Part shown: in pieces, positions 46,610 to 56,453 of the stretch
How positions within the stretch are numbered: position 1 is the stretch's first letter
Layout of the letters: the number at the start of each line of letters is the position of its first letter
Assembly (NCBI GenBank): GCA_965207805.1
Contig: OZ242312.1
Span: forward strand, 1,268,050 to 1,332,049
Length of the DNA stretch: 64,000 bases
Direction of reading: 5' to 3'
DNA from: Gemmatimonadota bacterium
GTDB taxonomy: Bacteria > Gemmatimonadota > Gemmatimonadetes > Palauibacterales > Palauibacteraceae
The notes under the pieces: generated by a model
The model's database searches: none
What the model was told of the DNA's origin: nothing
What the model saw: only the letters and a program-made list of their open reading frames with translations
Position numbers and translations under genes: made by a program

Positions 46610-47077
46610 ATGAAGCGCATCTCCATGACCGTGAACGGGGTTCGGCACGAGGCGGACGTCGAACCCCGCACCCTCCTCGTTCATTTCATCCGCGAACAAC
46701 TCGAACTGACCGGCACCAACGTGGGCTGCGACACGTCCTCGTGCGGCGCCTGCACGATTCTGATGAACGGTCAGTCGGTGAAGTCGTGTACCGTGCTCGC
46801 CGTCCAGGCGGATGGCGCGGACGTGACCACGGTCGAGGGGCTCGCGAGCAACGGCGACTGGCACCCGGTCCAGAAGGCGTTCCACGAGAACCACGGCCTG
46901 CAGTGCGGGTTCTGCACGCCGGGCATGATGATGGCCGCGGTGGGATACCTGGATGAGAACCCGGCGCCGACGGAAGGGGAAGTCCGGCTCGCGCTGGAGG
47001 GCAACCTCTGCCGGTGCACCGGCTACCACAACATCGTCAAGGCGGTGCTCGCGGCCGCCGACGACATGGGCTCTTAG
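46610..47077 (+). CDS. coxS: Molybdenum hydroxylase [2Fe-2S] subunit (CoxS/CutS-like)
   Basis: [27 protein letters not shown]. Confidence 0.92.
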   Translation: MKRISMTVNGVRHEADVEPRTLLVHFIREQLELTGTNVGCDTSSCGACTILMNGQSVKSCTVLAVQADGADVTTVEGLASNGDWHPVQKAFHENHGLQCGFCTPGMMMAAVGYLDENPAPTEGEVRLALEGNLCRCTGYHNIVKAVLAAADDMGS

Positions 47078-47092
47078 GGGAGGAGAGAGAAC

Positions 47093-49459
47093 ATGGCGAC
47101 GGCTGAGAAATACGTTGGCGGCGGGGTCCCGCGGAAAGAGGATCCCAAGCTTCTCACGGGGCAGGGCCAGTTCCTGGAAGGCCTCACGCTGCCCGGCATG
47201 CTTCATGCGGCGCTCGTGCGCAGCCCGCACGGTTCGGCGCGCATCAACTCGGTGGACGTTTCCGAAGCCGAAACCGCCGAGGGCGTCGTCGCCGCGTACA
47301 GCGGGGCCGACCTCGCCGATGAATGGGCGGCGGGGCTGCCCATGGCGTGGCCCGTGACCGACGACATTCGGATCCCCGACCACTGGCCGGTGGCGCAGGA
47401 TGTGGCGCGCTACGTGGGCGACGCGGTGGCGGTCGTCGTCGCGACGAGCCGCAACGCCGCTCTCGACGCAGCGGAACTGGTGGAGGTCGACTACGGGGTG
47501 CAGGAGGCGGTCGTGGACGTGGAGGCGGCGCTGGCCGACGACGCGCCACGCGTGCACGAGTCGTTCGACGACAACAAGAGCTACACCTGGGCGCTGACGA
47601 ACGGCGACGTGGACGCGGCGTTCGCGAAGGCGGACGTCGTGGTCAGCGAGCGCTACACGCAGCCGCGGCTGATCCCGAACGCGATGGAGCCGCGCGCCGT
47701 CGTCGCGCAGCCGGTCCCCTCGACGGGCGACTTCACGGTGTGGTCGACGACGCAGATCCCGCACGTGGCGAAAGTCCTCTTCGCGCTCACCCTCGGAATC
47801 CCCGAGGGCCAGATCCGGGTCATCGCGCCCTCCGACGTGGGCGGCGGCTTCGGATCGAAGCTCAACGTCTATGCCGAGGAGGCGCTCTGCATCGCCCTCG
47901 CGCGCCGTCTGGGAAGGCCGGTCAAGTGGGTCGCGGGCCGGAGCGAGGGCTACCTCGCCACGATCCACGGCCGGGACCAGGTCCAGAAGATCGAGATCGC
48001 GGCGACCTCCGACGGCGACATCCTCGGATACCGCGTCAACATCGCGGCGGCCATGGGCGCCTACCTGCAGCTCGTGGCACCGGGGGTTCCGCTCCTGGGC
48101 GCCTTCCTCTACTGCGGCTGCTACGGCGGCGAAGCGTACCACTTCGAGTGCACGGGCGTGTTCACGAACACGACCCCGACGGACGCCTACCGGGGCGCGG
48201 GCCGGCCCGAGGCCACCTACGCCATCGAGCGGGCGATCGACTCGCTCGCGCGGGAGGTCGGCGTGGACCCGGCGGAAATCCGGCGCAGAAACTTCCTCCC
48301 GGCCGGCGACATGGTGCAGAGCCCGGGCGGGCTCGCCTTCGACTCGGCCGACTACGAGCCCGCGCTCGACCGCGCGCTGGAACTGCTCGACTACGACGGG
48401 TTCCGGAGCGACCAGGCGGAGCGCCGGGCGGGAGGGGGCGGCAAGCAGATTGGCGTCGGATTCTCCTCCTACGTGGAGATCTGCGGGCTCGCGCCCTCGC
48501 AGGTGCTGGCTTCGCTGAAGTACGCAGCCGGCGGCTGGGACGCGGCGACGGTGCGCATGCTGCCGACCGGAAAGGCGGAAGTCGTGACGGGCAGCTCGCC
48601 GCACGGGCAGGGGCACGTGACCTCCTGGTCCCAGATCGCGGCGGACGCGCTCGGGATTCCGTACGAGGACGTCACGGTCCTCCACGGGGACACGCACGTG
48701 GCGCCGCACGGGATGAACACCTACGGGAGCCGCAGCCTCGCGGTGGCCGGGGTCGCCGTGCACAACGCGTGCGACCGGGTGGTCGACAAGGCGAGAGGAC
48801 TCGCGGCGCACCTGCTCGAGGTCGCGCCCGAGGACCTCGAGTACGAGGCGGGGACCTTCTCGGTGAAGGGGGTGCCGGACCGCACGAAGTCGATGCCGGA
48901 ACTCGCCTTCGCGGCGTGGACGGCCCACAGCCTGCCGGAGGATTCCGAGCCGGGGCTCGAGGCGAGCTGCGTGTACGATCCGCCGAACTTCACCTTCCCC
49001 TTCGGCACGCACGTGGCCGTCGTCGAGGTGGATACGGAGACCGGCGCCGTGGATCTCGTCCGCTACATCGCGGTGGACGACTGCGGGCCCGTGATCAACC
49101 CCGTGATCGTGGACGGCCAGGTACACGGCGGCGTGGCGCAGGGGATCGCGGCGGCGCTGTACGAGGAAGCGACGTACGCGGAGGACGGGACGCTCGAGAC
49201 GTCGTCGATGGTCAACTATCTCGTCCCGTCCGCGGCGGAGTTCCCGTCCTTCGAGACGGATCGAACGGTGACGCCGAGCACCTCGAACCCCATGGGGGTG
49301 AAGGGGATCGGCGAGGCGGGGACGATCGGGTCGGCGCCGGCGGTGATCAACGCGATCGTGGATGCGCTCTCGCACCTCGGCGTGACGGACGTCCCGATGC
49401 CGGCGAGTCCGGAACGGGTCTGGCGAGCGATTCAGGCGGCCCAGGGAGGTGAGGCATGA
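47093..49459 (+). CDS. coxL: Molybdopterin-binding large subunit, form II CoxL / xanthine dehydrogenase family
   Basis: VGGGFGSK, AYRGAGRPEA (form II motif), GQVHGG, KGIGE. Confidence 0.9.
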   Translation: MATAEKYVGGGVPRKEDPKLLTGQGQFLEGLTLPGMLHAALVRSPHGSARINSVDVSEAETAEGVVAAYSGADLADEWAAGLPMAWPVTDDIRIPDHWPVAQDVARYVGDAVAVVVATSRNAALDAAELVEVDYGVQEAVVDVEAALADDAPRVHESFDDNKSYTWALTNGDVDAAFAKADVVVSERYTQPRLIPNAMEPRAVVAQPVPSTGDFTVWSTTQIPHVAKVLFALTLGIPEGQIRVIAPSDVGGGFGSKLNVYAEEALCIALARRLGRPVKWVAGRSEGYLATIHGRDQVQKIEIAATSDGDILGYRVNIAAAMGAYLQLVAPGVPLLGAFLYCGCYGGEAYHFECTGVFTNTTPTDAYRGAGRPEATYAIERAIDSLAREVGVDPAEIRRRNFLPAGDMVQSPGGLAFDSADYEPALDRALELLDYDGFRSDQAERRAGGGGKQIGVGFSSYVEICGLAPSQVLASLKYAAGGWDAATVRMLPTGKAEVVTGSSPHGQGHVTSWSQIAADALGIPYEDVTVLHGDTHVAPHGMNTYGSRSLAVAGVAVHNACDRVVDKARGLAAHLLEVAPEDLEYEAGTFSVKGVPDRTKSMPELAFAAWTAHSLPEDSEPGLEASCVYDPPNFTFPFGTHVAVVEVDTETGAVDLVRYIAVDDCGPVINPVIVDGQVHGGVAQGIAAALYEEATYAEDGTLETSSMVNYLVPSAAEFPSFETDRTVTPSTSNPMGVKGIGEAGTIGSAPAVINAIVDALSHLGVTDVPMPASPERVWRAIQAAQGGEA

Positions 49460-50325
49460 TTCCCGCGTCTTTCGACTACGAGCGCGCGTCGTCTCTCGAT
49501 GAGGCGCTGAATCTGCTCGCCGAGGGCGGCGAGGACGCGCGGCCGCTGGCCGGCGGACATTCGCTGCTTCCGCTCATGCGGCTGCGCCTCGCGCGGCCCT
49601 CGCTGCTCGTCGATATCGGCGGGCTCGAAGAACTGCGCGGCGTGCACTCCGATGGGGACTCGGTCGTCATCGGCGCGCTGACGACGCATCACGAGGTGGC
49701 CGGCGCGTCCGAACTCACGGGCGGCAGCGGCCTTCTGGCGCAGGTGGCGGAAGGGATCGGCGATCCTCAGGTGCGGCACCGCGGTACGCTCGGCGGTTCC
49801 GTCGCGCACGCGGATCCGGCCTCCGACCTGCCGGCGGCGCTGCTCGCGCTCGATGCCGAAGTCACCCTCGCGGGGCGCGGCGGCACGCGCTCGGTGGCGG
49901 CGGCGGACTTCTTCGTCGGTCCGTTCATGTCGGCCGCGGCGGATGGGGAGATCGTGACCGGCGTCCGGGTGCCGACGCGGGAGGGCTGGGGCAGCGCCTA
50001 CCGGAAGTTCCAGCGCCGCGCGCAGGACTGGGCGATCGTCGGCGTGGCCGCCGTCGTGAACTGGACCGACTCCGGGATCGCGGGCGCCGCGATCGGGCTC
50101 ACGAACATGGGCGGCACGCCGCTGCGGGCGCCCGGGGTCGAAGCGGCCCTGGCCGGCGCGTCCGAGAAGGCGCAGATCCTCGCCGCGGCGTCGAAGGTGT
50201 CGGAACTCGAGACGCCCCCGGCGGACGAGAACGCAAGCTCCGAGTACCGCGCCCACCTCGCGCAGGTGCTGATCGCGCGCGCGGTGGCCGAGGCCGCCGG
50301 CTGCCCCGGAATGCAGGGAGGCTAG
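49456..50325 (+). CDS. coxM: FAD-binding medium subunit (CoxM-like)
   Basis: LAGGHSLLP, IGDPQVRHRGTLGGS, HADPASD. Confidence 0.92.
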   Translation: MIPASFDYERASSLDEALNLLAEGGEDARPLAGGHSLLPLMRLRLARPSLLVDIGGLEELRGVHSDGDSVVIGALTTHHEVAGASELTGGSGLLAQVAEGIGDPQVRHRGTLGGSVAHADPASDLPAALLALDAEVTLAGRGGTRSVAAADFFVGPFMSAAADGEIVTGVRVPTREGWGSAYRKFQRRAQDWAIVGVAAVVNWTDSGIAGAAIGLTNMGGTPLRAPGVEAALAGASEKAQILAAASKVSELETPPADENASSEYRAHLAQVLIARAVAEAAGCPGMQGG

Positions 50326-50539
50326 CGGCAAGTCAACGGAGTCGAGGACCTGCCGGCCTCACCGAATCGCGTGGCCGTCCAGCCCTACGCTGGCGGCCCG
50401 GGCGTCATCGCGCGCCGCAGGGCCGCCACGCATCCCCCCTCCCGAAACGCTCCTCAGGCAAGGAGAAGCGCTTCCATCCCCCCCGATTGCGGGCTCCGTG
50501 CGGGGTGGATGTGTGCATATTGTATGTATATCGCAGTGG

Positions 50540-50581
50540 TTTAGTGCTAAAACGAATGGCGAATAGACAATAACGTATTGT
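50540..50581. promoter_or_regulatory. Two short inverted repeats in an AT-rich promoter region
   Basis: TTTAG-TG-CTAAA (50540-50551) and ACAATA-ACG-TATTGT (50567-50581) upstream of the Asp-rich peptide gene. Confidence 0.4.
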
Positions 50582-50761
50582 TCATATCTGGAAATCCGAG
50601 GCCAGGTCCTCTTGTTCCTGACGGGCTCGGCTTGCGCAAAGACTGCGACGCCAAAGACGGTCCGGCGACTCGCGGCAGGAAACGCGGGCTGGCATCCTTG
50701 TCTCGCGCGACACATAATAGGCTGGTGGCTTCTTGCCCCACCTTCATCTTTGGAGGATGCC

Positions 50762-50983
50762 TTGGAAGACCGGGAAGGCCTCAAGTCGACCGATATTCGA
50801 GTCCGCGACGTTCCGCGCCGGTCGTTTCTCGAAACGGCGCTGTACCTGGTCGGGGCAGTTGGCCTGCTGGGTGCATGCGGCGAGACATCGACATCCGATA
50901 CGGGAGATCAGGACGGCGATCCGGTCGATCTGGATCCCACCGATTCCATCGACACCGATGGTGACCCCGTGGATTCCGACTGA
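50762..50983 (+). CDS. Small Tat-exported lipoprotein precursor with an Asp-rich repeat tail (candidate RiPP precursor)
   Basis: GGAGG at 50752-50756 before TTG 50762. 73 aa: PRRSFL twin-arginine motif, hydrophobic region, LGAC lipobox, then CGETSTSDTGDQDGDPVDLDPTDSIDTDGDPVDSD. Confidence 0.8.
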   Translation: MEDREGLKSTDIRVRDVPRRSFLETALYLVGAVGLLGACGETSTSDTGDQDGDPVDLDPTDSIDTDGDPVDSD

Positions 50984-51066
50984 CCGGGCACGGTGCCGTT
51001 TGCGGCCGTGACGTTCGTCTGTCGGAGTCGGCCCAGCCCGCATCTTCCCCGTGACAGCTACTCCAG

Positions 51067-52305
51067 GTGAATCCGCTGATCACGCACCGTCAGACCGACC
51101 TCCAACCCACCCCCTTCGATACCGCGAACCCGCTCGCGTGGATTCTCGGGTTCGACCCCGCGGAAATATCGTTCATCGAGAAAGTCATGGGCGTGCGGGT
51201 GCTGCATTGCCGTGACCTGCGCGAAGGCCGGTTCCGGAGTCTGTTGTCCTTCGAGAGTCTTGACGCCGTGCTCGGCACTTTCGGACTGAGAGCGCCTCAA
51301 ATTCGTGTGGTTCGTCTTGATTCGGACATCGTACAGTCCGACTATTGCCGCGATGCTCTTGTGGACCCCGCGAAGGTCGCGCGGCTGTTCGCGGATGGGG
51401 CCACCGTCATCTTCGAGGCGCTGCACGATCGACACGAACCGCTCGGCCGGCTCTGCGGCGCCTTGACAGCGCACTCCGGAGCCAGAACTCAGACCAACAT
51501 CTACCTGACACCGCCGCGGGCGCAGGGATTCAAGCCCCATTGGGACACCCACGATGTGTTCGTGCTTCAAGTAGAAGGGTCGAAACGGTGGCGCCTTTAT
51601 GACGGCGGACGGCTCGCGCCGCTGAAGTCGGAACGGTTCGACCCGGCGATTCACGAACCGGGCCCCGTCCTGGCCGAGTTCAGGCTGTCGGCCGGGGATG
51701 CGCTCTACGTTCCTCGCGGAATCATGCACGCGGCCGAGTCGCTGGACGATACGTCTCTCCACATCACGCTCGGAATGATTGCCTACACATGGGCTGAATT
51801 TGCCACGCACTGCTTCGCGGAGCTTGTCGAACGGTCGCCACCGTGGCGCGAGAATCTCCCGTACGGCTTTGCCGCGGAAGAGGCAGACGGGTTCCTGGGC
51901 ATCGGAGGTGCCCTTTCGGAGCGGCTCTCGACGGTCGGCAGTGAACTGGACGCGGCGACCGTCCTTTCCGCAAAACTGGACGATCTCCGGAACGGGATCG
52001 CGCGGCACGGCGCGGACTACCTGGCGCAGGCCGCGGGGGCGGAGCTCCTGACGCCGGATGACACCGTTCAAGCCCGTCCGCTTGTACATGGCAGAATCGA
52101 AATACGTGACGAGAGGGTCGTTTTCGTCGCCGCCGGCCGGGAGCTGGATTTCCCGAAGAGGGCCGAACGGACCGTGCGCCAAGCAATATCGGGGATGCCG
52201 CTGCACGTTACAGGCTTCGTCGACGATCTCGATTGGCCCGGTCGAAAAGCCGTGCTGGAGACGCTGGTCCGTGAGGGTTTCTGTTCCGTTATGCGCACCG
52301 CGTAA
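51067..52305 (+). CDS. JmjC/cupin 2-oxoglutarate-Fe(II) protein hydroxylase (ROXA/YcfD/NO66-like)
   Basis: NIYLTP...GFKPHWDTHDVFVLQVEGSKRW (HxD and 2OG-binding K), LYVPRGIMH (distal His), SLHITLG, C-terminal winged-helix-like end. Confidence 0.92.
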   Translation: MNPLITHRQTDLQPTPFDTANPLAWILGFDPAEISFIEKVMGVRVLHCRDLREGRFRSLLSFESLDAVLGTFGLRAPQIRVVRLDSDIVQSDYCRDALVDPAKVARLFADGATVIFEALHDRHEPLGRLCGALTAHSGARTQTNIYLTPPRAQGFKPHWDTHDVFVLQVEGSKRWRLYDGGRLAPLKSERFDPAIHEPGPVLAEFRLSAGDALYVPRGIMHAAESLDDTSLHITLGMIAYTWAEFATHCFAELVERSPPWRENLPYGFAAEEADGFLGIGGALSERLSTVGSELDAATVLSAKLDDLRNGIARHGADYLAQAAGAELLTPDDTVQARPLVHGRIEIRDERVVFVAAGRELDFPKRAERTVRQAISGMPLHVTGFVDDLDWPGRKAVLETLVREGFCSVMRTA

Positions 52306-52306
52306 G

Positions 52307-54028
52307 TCAGCGCCCCCCGGCAGGGCTCGCGGGGCGGGGCGCCACGGCGGCGCCTTCCCAGTCGGGGTCGGCGGCCCCGATCCAGGTGCGGGTGGCGGCG
52401 TCGTACTGCAGGCCGTGGATGCGCCCGAACGCGCCCTGCCGCGGCGTGGGCGTGATCTCGAATCCCATCTCCCGGAATTCGTCCATCGAGGTCCCGGACC
52501 AGCCATCCTCGGGGCCCGCTTCCACGGAGAAGCCCGCGAGCCCGTCCGGGCCCATGTCGGGATGCACGCGGGGGGCCGCGAGGGCGGCGGGTAGCGCCAA
52601 GCCGTCATCGATGACCCGCGTCACGGCCTGGACGACCGCCGAGATGATCCGGATGCCGCCGGCGGCGCCCAGGACGAGGAACGGTTCGCCGTCATCGAGG
52701 ACCATGAAGGGCGTGATGCCGGACCGCGCGCGCTCGCCCGGCTCGCTGATCCCCAGGTAACCGCCCAGCGTCACGGCGTAGAGGAAGCCGAGGCCGGGGG
52801 TCGCGACCTTCGCGCCCATGCCGGGGCCGATCGTCTGCGTGAGCGCGATGGCCATGCCGTCTCCGTCCGCGGCGGAGAGATGCGTCGTGTGGCTATCGTC
52901 CGGCGGAAGGTCCAGGCCCTCGACCGCGCCGGCGAACCATGAACTTCCGGTTCCGCTCGCCGCCCAGGGTTCCGCATCGGCCTCCATCGCCGCCTCCACG
53001 GGCACTCTCACCTGCTCGGAGAGCTCTCGGGCGAACGCCTTCGACGTCACGCGCACGGCGGAGGAGTCCGAACTCGGCCGGCGGTATTCCGTCATCGCGA
53101 TGGCGAGGGACTGGGCGATGACCGAAGCCCACGCCTCGTCGCTCATGCTGCCGGGATCGAAGACCTCCGCGATTTGGAGAGCGAGGATCGCGACCGCGCC
53201 GGAGGCCGGGATGTCGGAACCCACGATCTCGAACCCGCGGTAGGATCCGCGCACGATCCGCGAGTCCTCCGCTTCGTAGGCCGCCAGCGCCTCGCGGGTC
53301 AGGAAGCCGCCGTTCGCCGCCATGTCGTCGGCGATGCGGCCGGCGATCTCCCCGCGGTAGAAGGCGTCGCCGCCGCCGAGGGAAATCGTCCTCAGCGTCG
53401 CGGCCATGTCGGACTGCACGAGCCGGTCGCCTGGGTCGTAGGGCGATCCGTCCGCCCTGAGGTAGTAGCGCCGGGCGCCTTCGGACTCCGCCACCTGGTC
53501 GCGCGATCCCGCCTGGCGGCGCGCCTCTCCCGGCAGCAGCCGGAAGCCATGCGCGGCATAGTCGATCGCCGGCGCCATGATCGTGGTCAGCGGGAGGGAT
53601 CCGTACTCCTCGTGCAGGCGCATGAGGCCCGCGACCGACCCGGGCACGCCGACGGTCGGATAGCCGTAGGCGGCGCGCGGCGCCGTGGCCGGGTCGTATC
53701 CCAAGGGAACCGACGTCGTCCCGTCGATGCCCGCGACCCCGCCGTCCGGCGTCCGGATCAGGATCTGGTTGCGCCCCCCGATGCTGTTCATGCTCGGCTC
53801 GACCACGGAGATCGCGAACGCGGCGGCGACGGCCGCATCCGCGGCGTTCCCCCCGAGCTCGAGCATCAGGGCGCCCGCGGCCGCGGCCAGCGGCTGCGCC
53901 GCCACGACGACCCCGTCCGCCGAGCGCGCGACCTGGGGTGCACTCTGCGCGCCCAGACCAAGCGGAACCGCCGCGAACGCGAGTACCGCGAGCATGGTCG
54001 TGCCGTACATCCGGATGCCTGGCTTCAT
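52307..54028 (-). CDS. ggt: Gamma-glutamyltransferase family protein, exported
   Basis: GGNAADAAVAAAF, VGVPG, HTTHLSAAD (catalytic Thr), GAAGGIRI, signal peptide. Confidence 0.92.
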   Translation of the reverse strand: MKPGIRMYGTTMLAVLAFAAVPLGLGAQSAPQVARSADGVVVAAQPLAAAAGALMLELGGNAADAAVAAAFAISVVEPSMNSIGGRNQILIRTPDGGVAGIDGTTSVPLGYDPATAPRAAYGYPTVGVPGSVAGLMRLHEEYGSLPLTTIMAPAIDYAAHGFRLLPGEARRQAGSRDQVAESEGARRYYLRADGSPYDPGDRLVQSDMAATLRTISLGGGDAFYRGEIAGRIADDMAANGGFLTREALAAYEAEDSRIVRGSYRGFEIVGSDIPASGAVAILALQIAEVFDPGSMSDEAWASVIAQSLAIAMTEYRRPSSDSSAVRVTSKAFARELSEQVRVPVEAAMEADAEPWAASGTGSSWFAGAVEGLDLPPDDSHTTHLSAADGDGMAIALTQTIGPGMGAKVATPGLGFLYAVTLGGYLGISEPGERARSGITPFMVLDDGEPFLVLGAAGGIRIISAVVQAVTRVIDDGLALPAALAAPRVHPDMGPDGLAGFSVEAGPEDGWSGTSMDEFREMGFEITPTPRQGAFGRIHGLQYDAATRTWIGAADPDWEGAAVAPRPASPAGGR

Positions 54029-54195
54029 GGATCCTCCGTCGGTTTTGCGGTCCCCGGCAGCCTGTAGCAAAGCCCTGCCGTTTGGGCGGCGCTGCATCTC
54101 GCCCGCGGGAAACTTGCGCCCGGTACGGGCGGTGACTAGGGTCCGGATCGTCTTGACAAGACTGTTAAACGATTTGGACAACGCGAGGATCACGA

Positions 54196-54885
54196 ATGGT
54201 TCCGCAAGCTCCGGCCGCGACCCGGCCGCCGGATACCGAGACCCGGCCGCCGGATACCGAACAGAGGATCTTCGACGCCGCGCTCACGGTCTTCGCCCGC
54301 AAGGGACGGGACGGCGCGCGACTGCAGGAGATCGCGGATCACGCGGAGATCAATCGCGCCCTGCTGCACTACTACTTCCGCACCAAGGAACAGCTGTACG
54401 AGGCCGTGTTCGAGCACGGGTGCCGGCAGTTCATGGCCGGGCTCAGCCAGTCGCTGCAGGCGGAGGAAGGGGTCGAGGACAGCCTGCGCGCGTTCGTGTA
54501 CGGCTACATCGACTACATCTACGAACATCAGGACATGGCGCGCCTCATGCTGAACGAATGCCTGTGCGGCGGCGGCGTCCTGGAGCGGCACCTCACCGCC
54601 GCGATCGCGGCGCGCGAGGAGGTGCCGGGACTCCTGCTCGAGGACCGGCTGCGCGCGGCGATCGGCGCGGGCGAGATCCGGGAGATCGACCTCCGGCACA
54701 CGCTGCTCACGATCGTGTCGGCGTGCCTGTTTCCGTTCGTCGCGCTCCCGACGGTGCGCCTCTTCCACTCCCGTGCCGTGGAGGACTTCGACCGCTTCCT
54801 GCAGGAACGAAAGGCGCACATCGTCGATCTCCTGCTGGCGGGTCTGCGGCCGACCGAAGGCGTCCGGGGGGAGGCGCTCGCGTGA
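54196..54885 (+). CDS. TetR/AcrR-family regulator
   Basis: RIFDAALTVF...IADHAEINRALLHYYFRTKEQLY HTH; heads the efflux operon; TTGACA at 54153. Confidence 0.93.
   Translation: MVPQAPAATRPPDTETRPPDTEQRIFDAALTVFARKGRDGARLQEIADHAEINRALLHYYFRTKEQLYEAVFEHGCRQFMAGLSQSLQAEEGVEDSLRAFVYGYIDYIYEHQDMARLMLNECLCGGGVLERHLTAAIAAREEVPGLLLEDRLRAAIGAGEIREIDLRHTLLTIVSACLFPFVALPTVRLFHSRAVEDFDRFLQERKAHIVDLLLAGLRPTEGVRGEALA
54219..54260 (+). repeat. Exact 21-bp tandem duplication (in frame, TRPPDTE x2)
   Basis: GACCCGGCCGCCGGATACCGA at 54219-54239 and 54240-54260. Confidence 0.9.
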
Positions 54886-56444
54886 GCGCCGCGGCGATGG
54901 CGTCCGGGATCGGGGCGCGCCGTTTCCGTCGCGCCGGCGGGTTTCTCCTGCTCACAGTGGCCGGCGCGTGTTCGTTCGCGCCGGGTCCGCGGCTCCCGGC
55001 CACGGTGGCGGAACTGCCCGCCGCGTACGATGCGGAGGCTCCCCCCGCCGAGGCGGGGCCCGAGGCCCGCGACTGGTGGCGCGCGTTCGACGACGCGACG
55101 CTGGACCGCCTGATCGAGACGGCGCTCGTCGCCAACCTCGACCTGCACGAAGCCGTCGCGCGGCTGGAGGAACTGCGGCACCGGTACCGGATCGCGCGGG
55201 CGCCGCTCTTCCCGGCGCTGACGCTCGACGCGAACGGCAACCGGTCCAGCACGCCCGCCAACACGGGGCTCGGGTCGCAGTTCGGGGGCGACGACGGCGG
55301 CGAGAGCCCGATCCCGGGGCTCAGCTTCAATTTCCCCGACCGTTTCGAGTTCACGACGTACTCGGCCTCGCTCGGCTTCGCCTACGAACTCGACTTCTGG
55401 GGCCGGCTGCGCAACGAATCCGGGGCGGCGGTCCGCGACTTCCTCGCCTCGCGCGCGGACGCCGAGACCGTGCGGCTCACGGTCATCGCCTCCACCATCT
55501 CGACGTATCTCGAGGTCGTTTCCGCGCGCGCCCAGCTCACGATCGCCGAGGACAACGTCGATCTGCTGCGGGAGCGCGCCGAACTCACCGGGGAGCGGTA
55601 TCAGGCGGGCGTCACGAACACTTTCGAACTCTACGCGATCCGGCAGCAGTACCGGACGGCCGAGTCGAACCTGCCGGGCCTGCGCACGGCCGTGGACGAT
55701 GCGGAAGGACGCCTGGCCCTCCTCGTGGGACGGTACGCGGGGATGATCGAGGACCTGCTGCCGCCCGAGGTCGCGCCGGCAGTCGATACGACCCCGATTC
55801 CCGGCGGGCTGCCGGTGTCGCTGCTCGAGGACCGGCCCGACGTCATGGCCGCGTTCGAACGCGTCGAGGCGGCGCGCCGCAGGGTGGGGGCGCGCCGGGC
55901 CGAGCTCCTTCCCACGATCTCCCTGAACGGGGCCGTGGGGCGCCAGGCGGGCGAACCCGCGGATCTGCGATTCATCGACCAGTGGTTCACGAACCTCATC
56001 GGCGGCCTCGTCGCGCCGATCTTCCAGGGCGGCCGCCTGCGGGCCAACGTCGGGGCGGCCTGGGCGCAGTACGACCAGGCGCTGATCGCCTACGCCCGCA
56101 CGGTGCTGGACGCCTACCGGGAGGTGCGGACGAGCCTGCGGCAGTTCGAGAACGAGCGGGAACGGTACGCGCAGGTCATGGAGCAGGTCGCCGACGCCCG
56201 GGCCTCGCTGGAGAACCAGTTGGAGCGCTACCAGAGCGGCGTGGGGGACTACGTCGAGTACCTGGACGCGAGGGTGAACCTGAACGGCGCCGAAACCACC
56301 CGGGTGCTCGCCGAACGCGGCATCGGAGAGGCGCGGCTCGCCGTACACCGCGCCCTGGGCGGCGCGTGGGTGGCGGAGGACGTCGAGGACATCGAGACAA
56401 ATGAAGACCCGGGGGGCGCGGCGTCGCTCCCCGATCGGAGATAG
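54882..56444 (+). CDS. RND efflux outer-membrane lipoprotein (NodT/OprM family)
   Basis: AGAC lipobox, WWRAFDD, YELDFWGRLR, RPDV, ALGGAW; GTGA overlap with tetR. Confidence 0.93.
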   Translation: MSAAAMASGIGARRFRRAGGFLLLTVAGACSFAPGPRLPATVAELPAAYDAEAPPAEAGPEARDWWRAFDDATLDRLIETALVANLDLHEAVARLEELRHRYRIARAPLFPALTLDANGNRSSTPANTGLGSQFGGDDGGESPIPGLSFNFPDRFEFTTYSASLGFAYELDFWGRLRNESGAAVRDFLASRADAETVRLTVIASTISTYLEVVSARAQLTIAEDNVDLLRERAELTGERYQAGVTNTFELYAIRQQYRTAESNLPGLRTAVDDAEGRLALLVGRYAGMIEDLLPPEVAPAVDTTPIPGGLPVSLLEDRPDVMAAFERVEAARRRVGARRAELLPTISLNGAVGRQAGEPADLRFIDQWFTNLIGGLVAPIFQGGRLRANVGAAWAQYDQALIAYARTVLDAYREVRTSLRQFENERERYAQVMEQVADARASLENQLERYQSGVGDYVEYLDARVNLNGAETTRVLAERGIGEARLAVHRALGGAWVAEDVEDIETNEDPGGAASLPDRR

Positions 56445-56453
56445 GGCGGAGCG

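Noticed and set aside
47093-49459. Bona fide aerobic CO dehydrogenase (form I)
   Set aside because: Lacks the AYxCSFR Cu-binding motif.
50543-50551. CIRCE (HrcA) element
   Set aside because: Only an AGTGCTAA half-site; the matching TTAGCACTC arm is absent.
50612-50761. N-terminal extension of the Asp-rich peptide in the ORF track
   Set aside because: No RBS at 50612; the strong GGAGG before TTG 50762 puts the Tat motif at a normal distance from the start.
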